Source: Candidatus Hodarchaeota archaeon (GTDB taxonomy: Archaea > Asgardarchaeota > Heimdallarchaeia > Hodarchaeales > Hodarchaeaceae). Taken from it: 63,473 nucleotides of DNA. Below the pieces are notes generated by a model. That model was not told the origin of the DNA. It saw only the letters and a list, made by a program, of their open reading frames with translations, and searched no databases. The stretch is taken from positions 1 through 63,473 of the forward strand of contig JAEOTM010000171.1 of the NCBI GenBank assembly GCA_016839815.1, written 5' to 3'. The translations under genes and the position numbers were made by a program. Below are positions 10,252 to 19,415 of the stretch, in pieces. Numbering within the stretch: the first letter of the stretch is position 1; each line of letters begins with the position of its first letter.

Positions 10252-11460
10252 CTAAATTTGTTCCCACCCCATAAATAAGAACGAAAGAGCGAAATTTAGA
10301 ACTAGTACTATGAGTGCGAAGTATTTTACCCTTCTATGTAAGTTTTGATTTTTTTCTCCGAGAAAAGCTGCAAGTAATTTATCTCCATCTAAAAAGGGTA
10401 CGGGCAATAGATTCATTAATGCTAGCATTAAATTTACCATAAAAGTATAAAGAACTGTGTAAGAAAACCAATATGGGATTAGTCTAACTATTGTGTTTTC
10501 TGAGAGGAATCTGGGCTGATAATAACTCCAAGTAGCAATTCCAATATAACCGGTGTTATTATCCATTGATTCATCGGTGATCTTAGATTTATTCATTGTT
10601 TGCAAGGAGATCGGATTTATCTCGTCATCAAAATGAAATGTTAAACTCTGGTTAATGAAAACCTCTGTATGCACGAAATTACTAAAATCTGAACCTGAAT
10701 GTATGTAAAAATATCCCTTTTCGCTAGTTACCCCAATAATTACATATCCAACGCGTAATCCTTCTTCTCTTGCGGGTGTATTTGCTTTTGTTTCAACGAT
10801 AAGAGCTCCACTAGATTCAGTTTCATAAAGGGGAGATAATAGGAACGGTATTCCCATAGGGAGAATGAGAATTATTATCAAAAAAACGGCAACTACCATA
10901 TTTGCTAACCCCCCTGCAGCCATTATTCGCATCTTAGAACGATTTGAGGCTTTTAGAATTTTCTCTTCCTCTGGTTCTACGAATGCTCCAAAAAACAGAA
11001 GGAAGACAAAAATCCCCGTGCTCTTCAAAGAGACTTTTTCATTTACGGCTGCAATACCATGCGCAAACTCATGAACGATTGCCCCTATCATGATGGCTAC
11101 AATGAAATATGGTAAAGTCGCAAATGAAACAGTTATTCCCGGGATTACAGGTGTAATTGTTATTGGAGTCACTTCTTTTGACTTCGGGAGAAAAAAAGTA
11201 ATTATATTGATAGAAAAGATAAACAGACCAGTGAACAGTATTCCTAGTCCAGATATAATTCCGATATCCCAGAGAAGCTTCCAGAAGAGAGTTCCTTTTT
11301 TCCCTATTCGATAAATCAGGGTGTTTAATCTAGTTGTTCGGTAGTAAGCAAATCCGAGACCTATTTCTGGATTTGTCACAGAAAACCATGAAATCCTTGA
11401 AATTCCTGTTAGTACTATCCAAACAAATCCAATTAAGAGGATAAACGTTATTGAGTCCAT
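10252..11460 (-). CDS. Site-2 protease (M50) with PDZ-like insert, MBTPS2-type architecture
   Basis: HEFAH zinc motif, GAFVEP, AGGLAN, NLLPVPFLDG, an IPG motif before the HExxH helix, and a luminal PDZ-like region (TPA...GL..G.VI). Confidence 0.92.
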   Translation of the reverse strand: MDSITFILLIGFVWIVLTGISRISWFSVTNPEIGLGFAYYRTTRLNTLIYRIGKKGTLFWKLLWDIGIISGLGILFTGLFIFSINIITFFLPKSKEVTPITITPVIPGITVSFATLPYFIVAIMIGAIVHEFAHGIAAVNEKVSLKSTGIFVFLLFFGAFVEPEEEKILKASNRSKMRIMAAGGLANMVVAVFLIIILILPMGIPFLLSPLYETESSGALIVETKANTPAREEGLRVGYVIIGVTSEKGYFYIHSGSDFSNFVHTEVFINQSLTFHFDDEINPISLQTMNKSKITDESMDNNTGYIGIATWSYYQPRFLSENTIVRLIPYWFSYTVLYTFMVNLMLALMNLLPVPFLDGDKLLAAFLGEKNQNLHRRVKYFALIVLVLNFALSFLFMGWEQI

Positions 11461-11589
11461 AGAAGTCCCTGATGTTAGTTTATATGTAGAGGGTTCTTAC
11501 ATTCTCTCATTGAGTCAGTTGTAACCACTATTTGTATATATATTGCAATCATTATTTGATTTTTTAGGTGCGATAAGTCAGTATTAAGA

Positions 11590-12699
11590 TTAGCTCAGAT
11601 GATCCCAAGAAATAGCATAACGAAGAAGTGCAATAATACCACCAAAGGTCTTCAATTGAGCTGCTGAATCGCTTTGAGAAGAGATAATTACTATTTTTCC
11701 TTTCATTTGCTCAATAGATTTTAGTAAGCCCTGTATCTCCGTTACTGGGGCTTGGTTAATCCCATGAAGGTAAGAATCAATCATTAACATTGTTTCAATA
11801 ACTCCCGTCTCTGCAATTTGATTTATATGGGTGTAACCGTAAGCTACATCCCCTGATCCTTTGCTGATTCTTCTTAAAAACTCTTCAATATCACGTTGTT
11901 CCTCAAGTATCTGAAAATCCTTAGCAAGTTTATCAAGAGCCTCAGATTTCATAAGTTCAAATAATCCAATTCGATTTCCCCCACTAGATGAGCTCCCAAT
12001 TACAATGTTTAAATTCTCTTTCGGCAAAGAACTCCTTAGATATTCAGCGAGACGTTCTTTAACAAATCCTGGCCCGCCAATAAGTAGATTTTTTGTTTCA
12101 GGTAATAAACTACGTTGGACAAGTTGAGTAATCTTATCAAAGAAGCTACTTGATTGTTCTTTCCGTGCTTTTGCTTTAGAGTGCTTCCTACCTATTCCTG
12201 ATTTTTCTTGGAATAATACACTCAATTGGTAGTTATCCAATATCCCAATACAGACATCATTGTTATCCACAGCAAGTAGTCCTATTTTCGGTTTTTGTGA
12301 AGCATTCTCGGCATCTCTCAAGATTTTTAGATAGTATTTTGACCATTCGGGTTTAAATACAGTAATTGTATCAGATAGTCCAACATTTAATGTGTGATAC
12401 GAACCTATTGATACATGCTGTTCAGGACCTTGGAAGATCCTTCCTTTGATACGTAACCTATTACTTGCAACACTTTCCTGGAAAGTTTGTCCTTCTACAT
12501 CTATTCCGATGATCATTGTAATACGTTGGCTTTCCTCTCCAGATCTACCTTCTGTTCCTGATCGTCGAATACGACGAGATGTTTTAGCAATAACTCTATC
12601 CCCGTTTACGATTATAGTTGACAGGATGTATAAATCCGTAGGAGTTTCAGCTCGGATAATTACTTGATTTGTACGTAAGTCAGATTTTATGATACGCAT
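11590..12699 (-). CDS. pelA: Pelota/Dom34 ribosome rescue factor
   Basis: DLY.L..I...GD, LRIKG, GSYHTL, GPGFVKE, AYG, QL..FGGI.ALLRY. Confidence 0.93.
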   Translation of the reverse strand: MRIIKSDLRTNQVIIRAETPTDLYILSTIIVNGDRVIAKTSRRIRRSGTEGRSGEESQRITMIIGIDVEGQTFQESVASNRLRIKGRIFQGPEQHVSIGSYHTLNVGLSDTITVFKPEWSKYYLKILRDAENASQKPKIGLLAVDNNDVCIGILDNYQLSVLFQEKSGIGRKHSKAKARKEQSSSFFDKITQLVQRSLLPETKNLLIGGPGFVKERLAEYLRSSLPKENLNIVIGSSSSGGNRIGLFELMKSEALDKLAKDFQILEEQRDIEEFLRRISKGSGDVAYGYTHINQIAETGVIETMLMIDSYLHGINQAPVTEIQGLLKSIEQMKGKIVIISSQSDSAAQLKTFGGIIALLRYAISWDHLS

Positions 12700-12739
12700 T
12701 GAGAAGGACTCCTATTGAAGCTTTTGAAAGGCTTTGGAA

Positions 12740-13099
12740 TCAATATAGTTTAAGACTAGAAGTGATTTTCTCTACTTCCAATAAATTGTGAGGACCAATT
12801 CCAAGTGCAGTTGCAGTTCCAGGAGGAAGTTGTGTCCTTCCAGCATCATTAATTTTTGTGACAAATACACCTAATCTCCTTATTCTCGATTCAATTTCAT
12901 CTAGTTGGACTTCAGAGTCTACAGCGAGAACTACTTTCATTTGGCCTCCATTCCACCATTTGTTGAATAATGTTGGATTCTGTCTCAAAGTTTTAACTGC
13001 AGCACTTACAGCTGCATGAGAAGCTTGTGCGGCAGCTTTTCCTTTTGACATCTTCAGATCTTTTCTAAGAATTAATACTTGTTTCAGTTCGAGGATAAT
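12740..13099 (-). CDS. pth2: Peptidyl-tRNA hydrolase Pth2, probably with a non-AUG start
   Basis: KQVLILRKDLKMSKGK.AAQASHA, GQ.KVVL, DAGRTQLPPGT.TALGIGP, LKLY. The conserved N-terminal strand lies upstream of the ATG at 13051, and a GGAGG RBS at 13109-13105 precedes in-frame ATT/ATC codons. Confidence 0.92.
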   Translation of the reverse strand: MILELKQVLILRKDLKMSKGKAAAQASHAAVSAAVKTLRQNPTLFNKWWNGGQMKVVLAVDSEVQLDEIESRIRRLGVFVTKINDAGRTQLPPGTATALGIGPHNLLEVEKITSSLKLY

Positions 13100-13469
13100 G
13101 ATCTCCTCCAGATAAATATCTTGAAAATCATGTTGGAATAAGGCTTAATAGGAACTTGAGAGATACCCTTCAATAATTTCTAGGAGGGATACTCCTCAGT
13201 GAGGTACATGGACATCATAAATAGGTTCAAGTGGTGTCCGTTTATGAACCTATCATCAGTATAGGTCAGTATCATCATTCGGGAGTTTGAAGTTCCATTA
13301 GCTTCATTTGAAGCAAATAAACTAAAAATCACTGTGAAATACTGAAGGATATCTCAGTTATTTATAATTAAGAGGCGTTTCGAGTTTTGATATAATTCTT
13401 TAGAAATAAAAAGGAAACAAGACTTACTTACTTCTTTTCAAATTCCCAGAAGCTTCTCAATTCTTAGGA

Positions 13470-13988
13470 TTATGCAACTAAATCCTTGCCTTTTGTTACT
13501 CTTATTCTGCAAGGAGTTGGAAATTTCGCTTTCCCACGTCGAAGAGCGTCTTTCGCCATTTCTAAGTTTTCCAGATTTGTCCTGACAAAGAGTAGTCTAT
13601 CCTCTTCATACACACGAGCGGCAACACTAATTACTTTCCCGAAGGCTTTTCGCATCCCGTTTTGAATACGATCGGCTCCAGCTCCTGTCATCATCTTATT
13701 TTCACGAATACGATGATGAGGATAAACGCAAATTCTATAGTGGTAATTCTCACGACCTAAGTTTCTTGTTAAGAATCGATTAACATGTATCCTGGCTGCT
13801 TCTAGTGCATTGTGCGATATTTGGCATCTTTCCTTTGCAATTAAGGAGACTTCGATCGGAAAATCTGTACCAGGAGAACCTAGATCAAAGGTACGAATTT
13901 TGGGGTCAGGTCCACCTTTTATAAATTTCTTGCGTGTAAAAGGTGGTCGATCGATACGAGTATAGCAATGAGCCGGTCTTTTTCCCAT
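13470..13988 (-). CDS. rpl16: 50S ribosomal protein uL16 (L10e type)
   Basis: MGKRPAHCY, ALEAAR, YPHH.IRENKMMTGAGADRIQ.GMR.AFGK. Confidence 0.96.
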   Translation of the reverse strand: MGKRPAHCYTRIDRPPFTRKKFIKGGPDPKIRTFDLGSPGTDFPIEVSLIAKERCQISHNALEAARIHVNRFLTRNLGRENYHYRICVYPHHRIRENKMMTGAGADRIQNGMRKAFGKVISVAARVYEEDRLLFVRTNLENLEMAKDALRRGKAKFPTPCRIRVTKGKDLVA

Positions 13989-14117
13989 TTGTATTCACCA
14001 TAAATAAAGTAATGACGTTTCAACGAAATTTAGTTTTCGTAGAAAATTGAGTACGTCATCAGATCCTTATTTGAGCAGTATTTAGAGAAGAATTTTAAAT
14101 CTACTTCAAAACAATTA

Positions 14118-14357
14118 ATGAATGGAGGAAAATCGATCTTGGTAGAGATACCCAATTCAGCAATTGATAGGATAATTAGAAAAAGCGGGGCTACACGAGT
14201 TTCTACGTCGGCAATACAAGTCCTACGGAAAGAGTTAGAAGATTATGGACAAAAACTTGCAGCTTTGAGTATTGAAATTGCCTCCCATGCGGGGAAAAAA
14301 ACAGTCGAAGGAGAAGATATCTCTTTGGCAATTCAGAAAGTGAAATTTCTCTTATAG
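14118..14357 (+). CDS. Archaeal histone (HMf family)
   Basis: EIP.SAI.RIIRKSGA.RVS..A...L...LE.Y...LA..SIE.A.HAGKKTV..EDI.LA. An alternative TTG start at 14139 follows GGAGG. Confidence 0.92.
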   Translation: MNGGKSILVEIPNSAIDRIIRKSGATRVSTSAIQVLRKELEDYGQKLAALSIEIASHAGKKTVEGEDISLAIQKVKFLL

Positions 14358-14739
14358 GAATATTCCGTTACACGAACATTTATGTACCCATAAATTAAAA
14401 AAATTGGATGATGGAGGGTATTATCGTAAGTATAAAGAATTCAATTAACTCCTTTGATTTAGTTCACTAAATAACATGAATAACAAAGGACAAATCACAA
14501 AATAAATTCAATCATAAGAATAATTCAAAAAAACCATAATTCCCTGAGAAGTAATCTCATGATTTGATATCTTAGAGAACTTAATGATTACCAGGGAAAA
14601 AACGATGATGCTCACTAGAGCACCATTAAACCGCGTACGAAACCGCATTTCATGATTATTACATCATTAATTCATCGTTACCTTATCAACGACCAGTGAG
14701 AAATACAATCACGCAATTGGTGGAATTTTCGTAATAGGA

Positions 14740-16032
14740 GTGAGTGTTGTTTCATCGCAAAAATTTGGAGATGAAACTTCAATGGCTAATGAAGAAGATA
14801 TCGATACTAGTACAGTAAAATACTTAATTCACGAAAAATTCTCAATTAATGGAGTAGCTGAACGTTCTGATATAATCGGTGCGTTATTTGGCCAAACCGA
14901 AGGTTTAATTGGTGAGGGCCTTGATTTACGTGAATTACAGAAAACATCAAGAATTGGTAGAATAGCTGTTAAGCTGCAGTACCAAAAAAGACAAAGAAAA
15001 ACAACCGGGACTCTAATAATCCCCTCCTCGCTAGACCGTGTTGAAACGGCATTGCTTGCCGCAGCTTTAGAAACGGTCGATAGAGTTGGTCCCTGTGTTG
15101 GTAAAATAAATCTCCTCAAAATTGAGGACGTAAGAGAGAGTAAACGAAGGCAAATAGTTCAGAGAGCATCACGAATATTGAAAACATGGGATAATGAGGT
15201 CGCACCAGACTCTGTTTCAGTTCTAGATGAAGTTTTGAAGGAAGCGCGAGTCAGTATCATTCAAAAATTCGGAAAAGCGGCTTTACCTGCTGGACCTGGA
15301 GTTTTAGATAGTGATAATTTGATCATTGTAGAAGGTAGGGCCGATGTAATGAATTTACTAAAACATGGCTTTAGAAATGTCATTTCTGTTCAAGGTACGG
15401 ACGTTCCCCCTGAAGTAGTTGATTTAACAAGAAAAAAGGTGACTACAGCCTTTCTGGATGGAGATCACGGAGGTGATCTTATCTTACGAGAATTGATTCA
15501 CCTTGCAGATCTTGATTACGTTGCTAGAGCCCCAACAAACCTAGAAGTCGAAGAATTATCAAGTAAAGAAATTTTGAAGGCTCTTAGGACAAAAATTCCA
15601 ATCGAGCAAATCATGAAAGAGCTGAATATCACTCCAGAAGAGGATGATTTTTCTGAGGATGCTGCTATAGAGGATGAAGATAATGATCTAGTGGCAAAAG
15701 AAATCCCAATCGTGGTTAGACGAAAAGCAGAACCCGCAAGTCCCGCTAAAATGCCGCAAGAATTCCTTAAAGCCGTAGAAAACTTGAATGAACAGCAAGC
15801 AACTGTATTCGACAAGGAATTTTCTATTATAGAGGAAAACATCCCAATAAGTGAGCTTCGAGATAAAATTTTAAACACTGATAATATTGTGACTGTAATC
15901 TTTGATGGAATAATTACCCAGAGACTCTTAGATATTGCTTCTAGTAGAGGGGTACAAAATATTGTTGGAGCCCGTCAACATGATATCACAAAAATTCCTC
16001 TTAGTATTAAAATCTACACCTTATCTGACTAG
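14740..16032 (+). CDS. dnaG: Archaeal DnaG (bacterial-type primase fold; exosome-associated)
   Basis: KY.I...F...G..E.SD.IGA.FGQTEGL.G..LDLRELQK..RIGRI, TOPRIM VEGRADV and DGD.GG, C-terminal FDGIITQRL. Confidence 0.95.
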   Translation: MSVVSSQKFGDETSMANEEDIDTSTVKYLIHEKFSINGVAERSDIIGALFGQTEGLIGEGLDLRELQKTSRIGRIAVKLQYQKRQRKTTGTLIIPSSLDRVETALLAAALETVDRVGPCVGKINLLKIEDVRESKRRQIVQRASRILKTWDNEVAPDSVSVLDEVLKEARVSIIQKFGKAALPAGPGVLDSDNLIIVEGRADVMNLLKHGFRNVISVQGTDVPPEVVDLTRKKVTTAFLDGDHGGDLILRELIHLADLDYVARAPTNLEVEELSSKEILKALRTKIPIEQIMKELNITPEEDDFSEDAAIEDEDNDLVAKEIPIVVRRKAEPASPAKMPQEFLKAVENLNEQQATVFDKEFSIIEENIPISELRDKILNTDNIVTVIFDGIITQRLLDIASSRGVQNIVGARQHDITKIPLSIKIYTLSD

Positions 16033-16044
16033 ATGAAAGGATAT

Positions 16045-16111
16045 TATCTACACCTCTTCCTTTTTTCCCCCTTTCTTTTAAAAAGCAGAAACTAATACTA
16101 CGGTTTTTTTT
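16045..16111 (+). terminator. Oligo-T/pyrimidine tracts after dnaG
   Basis: TTTTTT and TTTTTTTT runs within 80 nt of the stop codon (archaeal oligo-U termination). Confidence 0.45.
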
Positions 16112-16114
16112 AGT

Positions 16115-16336
16115 GGATCTGTTGCCCCCAACACTAACTCTACGACCACATATCAGGGAGTATCCCGAATTCAGCCTAGTTCTCTTATGAAGGGCGTTAT
16201 TGATCCTTACTCCTGTCGCTTAGAAGGGTTAACTCTATCGCTCATTGTTGGGTGACACACCCATCCTCATGCGAGAGCCCGTCTCCTAATTCATATGGAA
16301 GTAAATGCTCAGGATTTCTCTACTCATTTGCACTCC
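16115..16336. ncRNA. Candidate structured non-coding RNA (long imperfect rod plus a second hairpin); family unknown
   Basis: A more GC-rich intergenic island with nested pairings: GGAT/ATCC, GTTGCC-CCAACA/TGTTGG-GTGAC, TAACTCT/AGGGTTA, CGAC/GTCG, GGAGTA/TACTCC, GCCT/GGGC. A second hairpin is GGAAGTAAATG/CATTTGCACTCC. G-U wobbles favour the + strand. No long ORF. Confidence 0.5.
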
Positions 16337-16481
16337 GAATCATCTTGGCTCATCGTGTCCTCGAGAATAGAATTTGTTCCTTCCTTGCATTGATTACAAT
16401 CAATCTCTGAATACAAAAACCTTTCTTATTGGGAATACAATGAACAATTAAGAACAAATCAGAGTAAAGTGAAAAAGAATT

Positions 16482-16958
16482 ATGTCCAAATATCTGAATT
16501 TAGGTCTAGGAGGAACTTTTGACCGTCTCCATACTGGTCATAAATTAATATTAGATCTTGCATCCTTTTACTCGGAAAATATCCAAATTGGGCTGATAGA
16601 TGAAAAATATTTGCTAAATAATCCGAAAGAATTAGGGAGGTTTATCCAACCCTATAAGAAACGACATTCTAACTTAACGGATTACCTTCAATCACGAAAC
16701 CGAAGATGTTCAATCGTTAAAATTGATACACTAGGAAAAGATAAAGAAATAGCAAGTCGGTCAGATTTAACTGCATTATTAGTTTCACAGGAGACTTATT
16801 CTGGTGCGTTAGCTATTAATAACCAAAGGAAAATGTCAAAAAAAGCTCCTGTGATGATTATTCTTTCCCCAATTGTAACAGCAGATAATGGTAAGAAGTT
16901 GAGTAGTTCTAATATCCGAGAATCACTTGTTGAGAAGGGAGAGCATGAAATAAGGTGA
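16482..16958 (+). CDS. coaD: Phosphopantetheine adenylyltransferase (archaeal/eukaryotic type)
   Basis: GGTFDRLH.GH, LLVS.ET..GA..IN..R, LSSS.IR. Confidence 0.9.
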   Translation: MSKYLNLGLGGTFDRLHTGHKLILDLASFYSENIQIGLIDEKYLLNNPKELGRFIQPYKKRHSNLTDYLQSRNRRCSIVKIDTLGKDKEIASRSDLTALLVSQETYSGALAINNQRKMSKKAPVMIILSPIVTADNGKKLSSSNIRESLVEKGEHEIR

Positions 16959-17113
16959 AGTGAAAGGATCCTCTATACTCAAGATCTTCATCATGTAGAA
17001 AAACAATTCATAGTGATCCTATCGGTAGGGCTAGAGACATCATAGGATCCTTCCAACGAAAAATCATAATTAAAAAATATAAATTTTTGGGAGAGGCTGT
17101 GGAAAATTCGTGT

Positions 17114-18157
17114 TCACAAAGACCAATACTCGCTTAACACACGTTTAGAACTTTGAATAGTGGTTTTTGTTTCCTCTTTAACTTGAAGAGCAGGGTTAAT
17201 GCCTTCCATCTGATCATTTTCGTTAATAAAAGGAGATATATAAGCAGACACAAGTTCTGGTAAAAGATTGAGATTATATCCTCCTTCTAAGAAATGAGCG
17301 CAGGGAATTTGATGATCATCAGTGATTTCCTTAATCGCTTTTCCGATGTAAGTGAATCCTTCAATGGATACTCCAAGGATTCCAATGGGATCTCTTTCAA
17401 ATGCATCGAAGCCTGCACTCAGTGCTAAAAAATTAGGTTTAAATTGTTCAATAATCGGATTAATTATTGTTTCAAAGCAAAGTTCTAAGTCTGCTTCAGA
17501 AGCTCTATATCCAAGGGGAATTGGTACATTGAATCCTCGTCCCTCACCAAAACCAATTTCGTCTGAGAATCCACAACCAGGGTAGGATATTCTCGGGTCT
17601 GCATGTGTACTTATATATAGGATGTTAGGATTAGATTCGTTAATATATGCAGTCCCATTGCCAAAGTGATGGTCGAAGTCTAAAATAGCTATCCTTTGAT
17701 ATTTTTTCTTATGCAAAGCGATTTGGCTACTTATTGCGATATTGTTGAATATACAAAATCCCTGAGGGGAATGTTGAGTCGCATGATGACCTGGAGGGCG
17801 TACAAGACAGAAAATTGAAGAGTTTCTTGTGCTTTCAAAGGTAGCCTGTATTCCAATTTGAACAGCTTGCATCGCTGCTTCATAGGAATAACTATTTGCT
17901 GCTGTATCTGCGTCAAAGTAGAAATGGCCCTCATAATTTCTGGTTTTCTCAATCAAATGGTAATAATCTTCTGTATGAACAGACAGGATATCTTCCTTTT
18001 CTGGCATTTTGTCTGAGATCTCATAGGATATTGAGTCACCTAACCGAGTTGTTACCCAATTTTCGATCATTTCAATTCTTTGAGGAGATTCAGGATGAAA
18101 TCTCCCATTAGAATGTTTTTTTGCAAGAGCGTTACTGATAAATCGAATTGAATTCAC
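17114..18157 (-). CDS. Zn-dependent histone deacetylase/amidohydrolase family protein
   Basis: HPESPQR, RPPGHH, GFCIFNN, DFDHHFGNGT, YPG.G, SAGFDA...DP, LEGGY. Confidence 0.93.
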   Translation of the reverse strand: MNSIRFISNALAKKHSNGRFHPESPQRIEMIENWVTTRLGDSISYEISDKMPEKEDILSVHTEDYYHLIEKTRNYEGHFYFDADTAANSYSYEAAMQAVQIGIQATFESTRNSSIFCLVRPPGHHATQHSPQGFCIFNNIAISSQIALHKKKYQRIAILDFDHHFGNGTAYINESNPNILYISTHADPRISYPGCGFSDEIGFGEGRGFNVPIPLGYRASEADLELCFETIINPIIEQFKPNFLALSAGFDAFERDPIGILGVSIEGFTYIGKAIKEITDDHQIPCAHFLEGGYNLNLLPELVSAYISPFINENDQMEGINPALQVKEETKTTIQSSKRVLSEYWSL

Positions 18158-18438
18158 ATTCTTATCCTCGTTCTGTGTAAAATTCCGATCAAAGACCTAT
18201 TTTCTGAAAGCAAGAATCTAAAATTTTATCAATACTTACGTTTATACTCAATAAGTAAAGATTTAATTAACTTATCAAAGGTTGTCACATAGCTCATATC
18301 CTTTAACATGTAGAATCAACAATGTGATTCAGCAAATTCAGATAATATTATTAGAAAACTCTCACAGATGAGTTTATGCTAATAATACCTGTATTATAAG
18401 GAATCTAAAATTTTAATAATCCGTTCGGGGATTAAAAT

Positions 18439-18921
18439 ATGGCTGGAAAAAGAATTATCATAAAAAGCATTCATTGTTCATTAAATCCATCCAATAAAGA
18501 AAAATCCCCTGGTTTCCAAGTCACGGGCTATAAGGAAATTGAAACTGAAGATAGTACAGAGAAAATTGGTTTTATTATATCTGGTATAAGGATATTAATT
18601 TTCCAACAGCTCAAAAATATTGGAATACGAACTCGTATAAAATGGATCTCAAAAGGATTTGAGATCAGGGAGGAAGTTCATCCTGTTTCTGAGGTAATTG
18701 TTGATCCACAGAGAAAGAATAATATCTTATTCGTGAGTAAGGATGACAATTCAATGGTTGTTATGCAAGGAGAGCCTGTAGTCATGGAAAATGGATTTAC
18801 AGGTCAGATCGTAAATGTTAAGTGGGAGATTAATGAAGTTACAATATTTCCTCACAATAGAACGGTCTTTCATTGTGTTTTGGATCCCCGAAACAGCCGA
18901 ATCGATTGTATTGTCAAATAG
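18439..18921 (+). CDS. Hypothetical protein
   Basis: 160-aa ORF with an ATG start filling the intergenic space; no recognised motif. Confidence 0.55.
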   Translation: MAGKRIIIKSIHCSLNPSNKEKSPGFQVTGYKEIETEDSTEKIGFIISGIRILIFQQLKNIGIRTRIKWISKGFEIREEVHPVSEVIVDPQRKNNILFVSKDDNSMVVMQGEPVVMENGFTGQIVNVKWEINEVTIFPHNRTVFHCVLDPRNSRIDCIVK

Positions 18922-18973
18922 ATCGGTTTAAGAACTTTATTTCAAGTATATAGAGAGAGATTAGAAGAGAATA

Positions 18974-19345
18974 TTACTTAATAACTATAGAGTCAATGGT
19001 TGCCTCTGTTCCCGATATAATATCCGTTACATAACTCTTACATTTGGGACATTGAAATATTGGAGCTAATTCAGTATGTTTTTGCGGGATATCATCGATA
19101 TTCCCCCTAAAACTACATTCTTGACATCTCAGCTTTCCTGGAATCCAGATAATCTCAAGTTCTGTTTCTTTCAGCAATATTGATTCTTTTTTAAGAATAT
19201 CAAAACAAAATCTGAATTGATCTTCCTCAATCAAGGCGAATGCACCGAACTTGAGTATGACTTTGTTTATTTCTTTTGCTGCACGCTCTTTTGCAACAGA
19301 TAATACAGTTTCTTGTACCGATTGAGCTAGAGAGAATTCATGCAT
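18974..19345 (-). CDS. hypA: Hydrogenase nickel chaperone HypA
   Basis: MHE.SLA N-terminus and two CxxC motifs (CQEC, CPKC). Confidence 0.95.
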   Translation of the reverse strand: MHEFSLAQSVQETVLSVAKERAAKEINKVILKFGAFALIEEDQFRFCFDILKKESILLKETELEIIWIPGKLRCQECSFRGNIDDIPQKHTELAPIFQCPKCKSYVTDIISGTEATIDSIVIK

Positions 19346-19415
19346 TAAGGTTCAATTTATCTCTCACAGAAGAGATAAAAAAAACTCTTTCTCTTCTTTA
19401 AACGAGGAATAAGAT

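Noticed and set aside
16115-16395. Identification as SRP RNA, RNase P RNA or U3-like RNA
   Set aside because: SRP helix-8 and RNase P P4 consensus motifs were not found on either strand, and box C/D-like words are too short to be significant. Left as an unknown RNA candidate.
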